A stretch of 64,000 nucleotides of DNA. It comes from Minisyncoccota bacterium (GTDB lineage Bacteria > Patescibacteriota > Minisyncoccia > Phycocordibacterales > UBA9973). The notes beneath the pieces were generated by a model that was given only the letters and a program-made list of their open reading frames with translations, was not told where the DNA came from and did not search any database. Numbering within the stretch: the stretch's first letter is position 1; each line of letters opens with the position of its first letter. Below are positions 19,501-25,729 of this stretch, one piece after another. The stretch covers positions 29,412-93,411 of the forward strand of contig JBAYKD010000003.1 of the NCBI GenBank assembly GCA_041664745.1, given 5' to 3'. Both the position numbers and the translations under genes were made by a program.

Positions 19501-22322
19501 TGCCAATCAGAATTTCCTGCTGTAGCACCAGAACCAAGATACCAATCATTCACTCCATTGGTTTGCCATCTGATAGCATTCTCTACTGTATTTGTAACAC
19601 TACGATTAAGGTAAATATTTGCTTGTCCTGTACCATCTCCTATAGTAACATTCCCCGCCACACTTAATTTTGTTCCTGGTCCCGTCGTCCCGATGCCGAC
19701 GCTTGTTCCATTATCGTAAATCAAAGAATTTCCAAATGCACTTGTCCCTGTAAATTTTGGAATATAGTTTGTTGTTCCTACTCCTGTGGTAATAGAAATA
19801 GGAGTTATTGCCAAATCATTAGTAACGCCAGATGATGGTTTTGGATCCATTGTTACAGCAGTAACAGTATTTAGTCCATTATAATTTTGATACGCCTCAC
19901 TTGTAATATAAGCTTCAATGGTAGAATAAATAGATAACCCAGATACTGATACATATAGATATCCATTGTAATTAAATAAATTTACAGGATATGCCACACC
20001 GTTTGCAGTAGTATAATTCATAGAAATAACTCCTGTATTTAATAATGTACCAGAAATATTAATAGTACTATTTCTACCGCCGTTAAAATCTACTATCTTA
20101 ATAGTTCCATGAAATAGTGAATAATTATTTGCAGCAATACTTGTCGCAATCAAGGCTGTAGTCGAAGAACTGTTATAAATTGATACTGGATTTAATGCAG
20201 ATGAAGCGAAAGCAGAAGCATGCTGGCCGTCCAACATATCAGCATTTAGGTTTGTAACTGCTGTTGTAGAAGTGACAGATAAAGGAGAAGTACCAGTAGC
20301 AATATTTGAGAATAATTGGGTACCAGTAATTGTTCCGTCCGCTAAAATATTATTGTCCCCCGCATCAGACTCACCTCCAACATGAAGCCCTCCATTTATT
20401 GCAAGTTTTGAAAGTGGTGCTGTTGTTCCAATACCGAAGTTGCCAGTGCTTGTGATTCTCATTCTTTCATTTGAAAAAGTCATTCCTCCAGTTGCAAAAA
20501 TTATTGGTGCAACAGCAGAAGTAGCAACTACAAGTCCCCCCGTATCACTTTCTGTTAATACACCAGTGGCAGGAACATTGTTAAAGTTTGTATTACCAGT
20601 AGCCGAGCCATTCTGAACAAAAGAAAATGTTCCTGTGTCTCCAACGGCTTGAAGTTGAGGACGACTAGTCGTAAGTAAATTTCCATCTACTTGTATCACA
20701 GTATTCCCGGCACTTGAAACAACTAATTGGCGTGTTGGCCCCGTTGTGCCGATTCCAACGTTGCCACTACTATCCATTGTTATGCCTGTCGCTGAACCAA
20801 TAGAAGTTCCAACGGACCAGTAAGATTTTGTACCATCTGTACCAATGGAAGAAACAGCACTACCTCCTAAAGTAAGAGGTACATTATCCATCAAATTAAG
20901 TCCCCAAGATGTTTCCGATGCGACAAGATATCCTCTTAGATAAGTATTACCATTTACATCAAGAATATATCCTGCCCCTGGTGCTGTCGTCCCTACTCCC
21001 ACTCTATGAGTTCCAGAATCAACAAATAAAGAATTGGCATCAACTGTCAGATTATGAATGCCAAGATCTACATTTGTTGTACCTCCTGTGTAAGGAATAT
21101 ATCCTGCGGCAGTCGCATAATAGTTTCCATGTTGCCCATCTAGAAGATCAGCATTTAAGTTCGTATTGAGAGTTGTAGAAGTGACAGCGAAAGGAGAAGT
21201 GCCAGTAGCGAGAGTAGATGTAAGTTGATTGTTCATTCCGATAGTTGTAATGCCAGAAAGTGCTCCTGCGGAAGTCGCTTTGAATCCTGAAGAATTAATT
21301 GTGAGAGTATCATCCACTCCATTACCGATTGTAATTATTTTGGCATTAACATTTGTTCCAATTAAAATACTTCCGGTAGTTCCTGAGTCTAAAGTTAAAG
21401 CTCCAGTTGTTCCTGAATTAATAGTTAATGCTCCACTATCTGCAATATTGTTTGTAGTAAATGTTTGTGTTCCGATTACTGTCCCTGTGATAAATGTCCC
21501 TATACCGGCGTTACTGATTCTAGTAACTCCATTTAGAGAAAGTAGACCAGCAGTGATGGCGACATCACCAGCAGTCGCAGTAATATTTCCAGTTGTTGCC
21601 GTCAATCCCAAAGTAGCTGTGATAAGTCCTGAAATTGTAGGAGTGGCTGTCCATGCAGTTCCTGTGACTGTTAAGTTACCACCGAGTGATGTGAGGTTAG
21701 CACCTGATACTGTGAATGTATTATCTAGGGATGTTGCTCCGTGGAGAGTGAGAAGACCAGGAGTTGTGACTGAACCTATGGTGTTGATGGAAGATGCACC
21801 AGAGCCAAAAGTGTTGGTAGAATTGATAGCAGTAGATATAGTAGCATTGCCGGTGGATGTGATGCCAGTGGAAGCAACAATAGCTCCAGTGGAATTGACT
21901 TGGAACAAATCGCCATCACCGACAGTAAGGAGAGAGGCGGGAGTAGTGTCACCAATGCCGACAGAGCCGGCGAAATATGATTGCCCTCCGGCAGAATAAA
22001 TAGAATAATTATTATTAGCACCCTTGGTCATATTGGTAATATAGAGACCATACTGATTCGTTATTGTTCCTGTTCCTGTAGCATTCATAACATATAGACC
22101 ATAGCGATTAGATAATGTGCCACTACCATTCCAATTCGTAGAGCCAACGAATGAAGCTCCTTGATTGATAGTCCCAGTCGCTCCAGCGACGCTGGCAATT
22201 TTCCCCCATACTCCAACGAGAGGAATATGATTCCCGTCTCCATTCCAATTTTGGGTGTTTGTCGCTCCTACTTGAGCATTTGAATATGTGCCCCAAGCAT
22301 AACCAGTGAAAGACTGGAAGTA
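16542..22322 (-). CDS. Giant tail-fibre-like surface protein, C-terminal reading frame (track ORF 16542..22088; frame is open upstream to 22322)
   Basis: About 12 copies of G(N/S)VGIGTT(G/A)PxxKL(D/S)V, two NLNAD(L/M)LDGQH motifs, a Peptidase_S74-like block (SDARLKDIKEDF...GFIAQNVE...AIKEL) and FIVAR-like C-terminal repeats. Residues upstream of the annotated Met continue the YGLY repeat pattern (RYGLYVMNATGTG...QYGLYITNM). Confidence 0.8.
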   Translation of the reverse strand, partial: YFQSFTGYAWGTYSNAQVGATNTQNWNGDGNHIPLVGVWGKIASVAGATGTINQGASFVGSTNWNGSGTLSNRYGLYVMNATGTGTITNQYGLYITNMTKGANNNYSIYSAGGQSYFAGSVGIGDTTPASLLTVGDGDLFQVNSTGAIVASTGITSTGNATISTAINSTNTFGSGASSINTIGSVTTPGLLTLHGATSLDNTFTVSGANLTSLGGNLTVTGTAWTATPTISGLITATLGLTATTGNITATAGDVAITAGLLSLNGVTRISNAGIGTFITGTVIGTQTFTTNNIADSGALTINSGTTGALTLDSGTTGSILIGTNVNAKIITIGNGVDDTLTINSSGFKATSAGALSGITTIGMNNQLTSTLATGTSPFAVTSTTLNTNLNADLLDGQHGNYYATAAGYIPYTGGTTNVDLGIHNLTVDANSLFVDSGTHRVGVGTTAPGAGYILDVNGNTYLRGYLVASETSWGLNLMDNVPLTLGGSAVSSIGTDGTKSYWSVGTSIGSATGITMDSSGNVGIGTTGPTRQLVVSSAGNTVIQVDGNLLTTSRPQLQAVGDTGTFSFVQNGSATGNTNFNNVPATGVLTESDTGGLVVATSAVAPIIFATGGMTFSNERMRITSTGNFGIGTTAPLSKLAINGGLHVGGESDAGDNNILADGTITGTQLFSNIATGTSPLSVTSTTAVTNLNADMLDGQHASAFASSALNPVSIYNSSSTTALIATSIAANNYSLFHGTIKIVDFNGGRNSTINISGTLLNTGVISMNYTTANGVAYPVNLFNYNGYLYVSVSGLSIYSTIEAYITSEAYQNYNGLNTVTAVTMDPKPSSGVTNDLAITPISITTGVGTTNYIPKFTGTSAFGNSLIYDNGTSVGIGTTGPGTKLSVAGNVTIGDGTGQANIYLNRSVTNTVENAIRWQTNGVNDWYLGSGATAGNSDWQLYNYGTSSSALTILRSNGNVGIGTTNPLWKLDVKEATAGTAASFNLENTDNTNTASHARIRMVTGPNGGDTKILMDDGGASVWNFGVDNSDSDKFKFSANADGLLETSTLLTLQTNGNVGIGTTGPSGLLDIYRATDNTGLKIQTGAYGGGYLTIFGEDKNLAGVASSYDHTERFNMKTTNMNGGAGADRTMMAIHREGWSDGDELVLLPSGGNVGIGTTAPGKLLQVEGSNGNQILVKSGNTSWTAGIELDTGSANADWTIASSGGSPGLFQIQNVDQGGTPPFNINLGNVGIGTVTPSAKLDVAGMIHAGASYGLNLDQQDAAGDAFITHNSYYSSGYESNALKLKWGNTHASFGSRGIILSYIDGINFYADAAAATANTEFTPSIRMTIKNDGNVGIGTTGPGAKLDILSQEGSDTVFLRAGKIGASTENTFWGFNVNGNNNAYIGSAYNAADNRFGIRVAGTDVAHEWVSVLGTGSVGIGTTTPAAKLDVNGTINASSISSTGPVTSLGTYSGSALFYINGSSVATSPAFIASHSLATTTNGTAGLVLANNTYAPGVYSPIIAFSSKTSSGTYNASYASIYGILEGAGGDSNWNKGNLIFATGDSYGTSERMRISYDGSVGISNLVSCGGIQTNGAGTMSCTSDARLKDIKEDFTLGLNAIMQINPQTYSWKTDSGLYDGGIDYSGFIAQNVETAIPEAVNINPSGNRQVNTTTILAASVNAIKELNLKLEGINKFEVDGAGQAIVNTLRDNLTAWLANAGNKITRIFTGEVCLTDPGQEAVCINRSELQSLKALIIDSNSDGNNGGNEVTPTLEEIEAARVAKIDTDLTTAKTTIAAKVEADYTADSWLLFTPARDSALLLPEVVESQTPAQTGAELEANKTAKTAALNDAMALLISNNQPSDISALTTAKGIAQGLIDASAIESVIPGEHIVGSLATLITANAAATGATTDTQDVIDAQVTTLNDAITAYNAAIVPAQN
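17286..17561 (-). other. Peptidase S74-like intramolecular chaperone/autoprocessing domain inside the giant ORF
   Basis: SDARLKDIKEDFTLGLNAIMQINPQTYSWKTD...IDYSGFIAQNVETAIPEAV...TTTILAASVNAIKELNLKLE matches the remembered PF13884 pattern SDxRxKxNI...(F/W)xxK...GFIAQE...P....(I/L)xELxxK. Confidence 0.7.
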
Positions 22323-24586
22323 CTATTGTAAGTCTTGTTTACATTTATTCCATACCAATCACTATTAGCATCTAAAACCGTAGAAGCTTCTCCGACCAAC
22401 AATTCTACGTAATTACTTGATGCATTATTCCCTAGAGCTATACGCCCTAAATTATTTATATTATAATTTCCGCCAGCCATATTTGATCCGAGAGTAAGAT
22501 TGCTGACAGGACTGGAATTGAAATTAATTGTTTTAGAAGAAGCAATTTCAAAAGTAGAAGCTGGAGCTGTCGTCCCAATCCCAATACGATGATTGAGTGA
22601 ATCAATAGAAAGAGTATCTGTGTCAAAAGATAGTCCATTTACTCCACCGGTAAGTGCAAAGTTGGTATCGTTAGCAAAAGTCCAAGTTGTAGAATTTACG
22701 GTTGTTGCTCCTGTCCCTGTAGTGAGAGTGTTACTTCCTGTGATAGTTGTGTTTCCATTAAGTGATACTGCCCCGCTACCAGTAGAGAAAGTGTTGGCTC
22801 CTGTTTGAGAAAATGTATTGTCTAGGGTTGTAACCCCGTGAATAGTGACGATATCCGTTCCTGCATCTCCTAATGTAGTATTGTCTAAGACGGAGAGACT
22901 GGCAACAGTTGTTGATCCACTTGTGACAGAGCCAGTGAGTATTACGCTGTTACCATAGATATTACCTTCAGCATCTACGACGAACTTTACAACGTCTGCT
23001 ACAGATGCACCAATCAGATTACCATTAGGAACTGAGGAAGTAAGGTTGATGTAAATGGTAGAGTCAGAGATGTTCGATGTACCTGTGGGCCAAGTGGAGA
23101 AGAGGTGGGCGAGAGTTGGTCTATGAGTGAAAATAGTTTGACCAGAAATTGTAGTTGGTCCATTGATTGAGACAGCGCCTGTACCTGTAGAGAAGGAACC
23201 AGCTCCTATTTGTGAAAAAGTTTTCCCATCGGCAAGTGTCGTATCTCCATTTAAAGAGATGGCACCTGTACCAGTTGTGAGTGTATATGCTCCTACTTGG
23301 GTAATGTTGTTGTTTAAGGTTGTAGGTTCATTGATAGTTAGTGTTCCAGGAGCTTCGACTAGACCGATCGTGGTAGTACCACTTAGTGTACCGTTTGAAA
23401 TACGAGGAGAACGTATGGTTGTATTGTTTAGGATTCCTTCTTCTGTAATGTTATCAGATGAACTGTTGATGGATTTGATGATGGAGTCGTAGACACGATC
23501 TGTTTGATTGGTATTGTGGTTGATGTTGTTTAGGAGAGCTAGTTCTACACCTTGGAGTCTTGGAAGGATGGATGGATCGTATTGGTTGATGTAAATGTCG
23601 CGTTGTTGCTGAGTGATGTTTGTGATTGCCGTAGGTCGTGAGACCGAAGGTCCTGAGCCAGTAGGCGAAGGATTAGTTTCCCCTGATAAGGGGACGGAAG
23701 GGGTTTGTATTGGAGGGGTTTGTTTAGGTGTTGCTGTTGTTGTTACAAGAGATCGAGGGAGAGTGACCGGCACTGTAATTATTTTAGGTTCTGAAAGTAT
23801 CACAAGGAATGAATTCCAATCTGAGACAATATTATTTGGAGCAGATAAAATTCCACTCCATAATGATGTTGCGAGTTTCTTTGTATCAGCCACTCCATTC
23901 TCGGCAGAGTCTATAATTCCGTTTATGAATACTCCCCAGCCACTCTGGATTCCATTGGAAGCTCCCAAGAGTGAATCCCCAACGGAAGCAGTAAGAGATG
24001 ATTGAGGTGCTGAAAAATTATTTGAAGAAATTTTATTATAAGCAAGTAGAGCTCTGTTACCCACAGAAGTAAATCCTCTCGTCATTTTATTCTGAAGAGA
24101 AACTGAAAATTGTTTATTTGCGTTTAAAGATTTTTCTGTATTATTTAAAATTCCAAAAGTAAATGTACTCCATCCATCTGCCAAACTTTCACTGATATTG
24201 GAAAGTAAATTTTCTGTATGAATACTGTTTGTATTATTTTCCTGGCTTCCTAAAAAGTAGGAGCCGAATGAAGAAAGTCCGATAAATATGACGAGGGTAA
24301 AGATCAAAGCATTCGCTGAAAATTGTCGTCCGAATACGTCCTTGATGGATGAGTTTTTTGTGGAGTTTTTGTGAAGGTTTTTCTGAGCAATAATGTACCT
24401 CTTAACCTCGCCTTCGGTAGTGAACCAGATCCCTCCTTTTTTGACACCTTTCATCTCGCCATTGCGTATCAAAAAACCAAGGTAGTCCTGAGCATACCCA
24501 GAAATTTCAGCTGCTTGCTTTAGAGAGATCTCTTTTTTAAACAATTGCATTTTATTTATAATTACAAGGATATCTCGGATGGCCAT
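22268..24586 (-). CDS. Giant surface protein, N-terminal reading frame: HTH domain, TM helix, beta-helix-like repeats
   Basis: 772 aa. Residues ~18-65 (EISLKQAAEISGYAQDYLGFLIRNGEMKGVKKGGIWFTTEGEVKRYI) look like an excisionase/MerR-type HTH_17 domain. A TM helix covers aa ~91-113. These are followed by FSTGTGAVS(L/I)NG repeats and one HRIGIGTTAP tail-fibre repeat. The frame ends 1 nt out of frame with the downstream ORF. Confidence 0.75.
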   Translation of the reverse strand: MAIRDILVIINKMQLFKKEISLKQAAEISGYAQDYLGFLIRNGEMKGVKKGGIWFTTEGEVKRYIIAQKNLHKNSTKNSSIKDVFGRQFSANALIFTLVIFIGLSSFGSYFLGSQENNTNSIHTENLLSNISESLADGWSTFTFGILNNTEKSLNANKQFSVSLQNKMTRGFTSVGNRALLAYNKISSNNFSAPQSSLTASVGDSLLGASNGIQSGWGVFINGIIDSAENGVADTKKLATSLWSGILSAPNNIVSDWNSFLVILSEPKIITVPVTLPRSLVTTTATPKQTPPIQTPSVPLSGETNPSPTGSGPSVSRPTAITNITQQQRDIYINQYDPSILPRLQGVELALLNNINHNTNQTDRVYDSIIKSINSSSDNITEEGILNNTTIRSPRISNGTLSGTTTIGLVEAPGTLTINEPTTLNNNITQVGAYTLTTGTGAISLNGDTTLADGKTFSQIGAGSFSTGTGAVSINGPTTISGQTIFTHRPTLAHLFSTWPTGTSNISDSTIYINLTSSVPNGNLIGASVADVVKFVVDAEGNIYGNSVILTGSVTSGSTTVASLSVLDNTTLGDAGTDIVTIHGVTTLDNTFSQTGANTFSTGSGAVSLNGNTTITGSNTLTTGTGATTVNSTTWTFANDTNFALTGGVNGLSFDTDTLSIDSLNHRIGIGTTAPASTFEIASSKTINFNSSPVSNLTLGSNMAGGNYNINNLGRIALGNNASSNYVELLVGEASTVLDANSDWYGINVNKTYNSTSSLSLVMLGAHIQMLK
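23665..23705. repeat. Shortened in-frame copy of the GC-rich element inside the giant ORF
   Basis: The minus strand reads ACCCCTTCCGTCCCCTTATCAGGGGAAACTAATCCTTCG (TPSVPLSGETNPS). The metG copy reads ACCCCCTCTGCC...TCCCCCTTAGCAGGGGGCGAAAATTCG (TPSASGISPLAGGENS). Confidence 0.5.
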
Positions 24587-24652
24587 TAAAATTATTTTCT
24601 TTACCTCGGATATCCGAGGTGATTATTCTTAATATCTCGGACGTCCGATATT
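24568..24652. promoter_or_regulatory. Three related palindromic sites at the 5' end of the giant gene (candidate operator or 5'-UTR hairpins)
   Basis: A perfect 18-nt palindrome ACCTCGGATATCCGAGGT lies at 24603-24620. A 12-nt palindrome TCGGACGTCCGA lies at 24637-24648. An identical 10-mer ATATCTCGGA occurs at 24570-24579 (overlapping codons 3-6) and at 24632-24641. Confidence 0.5.
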
Positions 24653-24697
24653 GCCTAATTACTCTTTATATTATAACAAAATAGCAAAGTCATGCAA

Positions 24698-24743
24698 GAA
24701 AAAACACACCTAAAAGTGTGGATAACTTTTAGGTGTGTTTTTT
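24698..24743. terminator. Intrinsic terminator downstream of tatD (bidirectional hairpin)
   Basis: aaaaAACACACCTAAAAGtgtggataaCTTTTAGGTGTGTTtttt abuts the tatD stop codon. Confidence 0.8.
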
Positions 24744-25611
24744 AGCTCAAATTGAACAAATTTTTAACGTTAGCGAGAATCATAGCCGCCGTTTCCCCTT
24801 CATTTAAGCCCTTAATTTCGGCTATTTTTTTGACTATTTCTTCCACATAAACGGGCTCATTCCTTTGGCCTCTATACGGCACTGGCGCGACGTATGGACT
24901 GTCGGTATCGGCCATGATTTTGGCTAGTGGTAAGGACCTGATTGTCTCCTCGTAATTTATCAATCTTTTGGAGTTTTTTCGTGGCTTGTAAGTTATCACT
25001 CCAGCGAAAGAAATATAGAATCCGAAGTCAATAAATGCCTCCGCATCTAAGAGTGTTCCTGCAAAAAAATGGACCACACCTTTTAAGTTTTTATACTTTT
25101 TTAAAATTTCTAAAACATCTGCATACGCGTTGCGGCTGAGATCTTCTTCATTGTTCCTTATGTGAAGCATGAGTGGCAGATCAAGTTCGCTCGCAAGTTC
25201 TATCTGTGCGATGAATGCAACTTTCTGTTTCTCTATACTCTCTTCGTCCATATGATAATAGTCGAGTCCACACTCCCCTATTCCTACAACTTTTCCCAAA
25301 CTTACTAATTCTTTATATTTTTCTTTATCAAAAATTTCTCCACGTGATGTGAACTCTGCCCCTTCACTTCCCAATTCACTTTCATCATGGAAAGACGCAC
25401 CTGTGTGAATCGGATGAAGTCCGATCGTCGCATAAACTCCCTCATACTCATTCGTCATCTCTACTGCTTTTTTTGAAGTATCAAATTGTGTACCAATATT
25501 TATAACCAAAGTATCCCTACCTAATGCACGAGAAAGAACTGCATCTCGATCGTCATCGAAAATTTTAAAATTTGTATGCGCGTGTATGTCGATGTATTTA
25601 GGATTTTTCAT
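24742..25611 (-). CDS. tatD: TatD-family metal-dependent hydrolase/DNase
   Basis: IDIHAHTNF, GLHP, ECGLDY, HxR and DTDSPY motifs. The ATG at 25611 is preferred; the track start at 25683 is a GTG that reads through the repeat element. Confidence 0.85.
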   Translation of the reverse strand: MKNPKYIDIHAHTNFKIFDDDRDAVLSRALGRDTLVINIGTQFDTSKKAVEMTNEYEGVYATIGLHPIHTGASFHDESELGSEGAEFTSRGEIFDKEKYKELVSLGKVVGIGECGLDYYHMDEESIEKQKVAFIAQIELASELDLPLMLHIRNNEEDLSRNAYADVLEILKKYKNLKGVVHFFAGTLLDAEAFIDFGFYISFAGVITYKPRKNSKRLINYEETIRSLPLAKIMADTDSPYVAPVPYRGQRNEPVYVEEIVKKIAEIKGLNEGETAAMILANVKNLFNLS

Positions 25612-25621
25612 ATTTGTATTT

Positions 25622-25716
25622 TGGATTGCTCCCCTCCTTTTCAAGGAGGGGGTTGGGGGTGGTAATTCTGAATTAATCACCACCTCGCCCTTCGGGCACT
25701 CCTCCTCAACAAGGAG
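25622..25716. repeat. Composite GC-rich hairpin element between metG and tatD
   Basis: Hairpins include CCCCTCCTTttcAAGGAGGGG, GGTGGTAATTctgAATTAATCACCACC, GCCCttcGGGC and TCCTCCTcaacaAGGAGGA. The segment CCCCAACCCCCTCC (minus strand) matches the CCCCAACCCTCCCC segment of the element at 16415-16548. Confidence 0.6.
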
Positions 25717-25729
25717 GAGAGAAATTCAT

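Noticed and set aside
18040-20770. A recurring GC-rich ~20-mer (...GTCCCGATGCCGACG...) spaced every few hundred nt looked at first like a repeat array or CRISPR-like structure.
   Set aside because: The copies are the codons for the GIGTT(G/A)P tail-fibre repeat inside an intact ORF. Spacing is irregular and there is no spacer/repeat organisation or cas gene.
16981-21999. Several sizeable + strand ORFs (for example 16981..17421 and 21229..21999, 256 aa) lie antisense to the giant gene.
   Set aside because: They are V/P/S-rich mirror-frame artefacts of the repetitive G/T/N-rich coding strand. They have no motifs and are fully contained in a much longer ORF that has clear domain signatures.
22270-22322. 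Programmed -1 ribosomal frameshifting could join the two halves of the giant gene.
   Set aside because: I could see no X_XXY_YYZ slippery heptamer and no obvious downstream pseudoknot. A 1-nt indel in the G4 run, or an assembly error, is the simpler explanation. This cannot be settled without reads.
16542-24586. Tail-fibre repeats and the S74 domain suggested a prophage.
   Set aside because: No capsid, terminase, portal, integrase or lysis genes are present. The flanks are rpsF-ssb-rpsR and tatD-metG. The protein has its own TM anchor.
25612-25683. A GTG-initiated N-terminal extension of TatD.
   Set aside because: The extension is entirely encoded by the GC-rich repeat element. The canonical TatD N-terminus (MKNPKYIDIHAHT) starts at the ATG at 25611.
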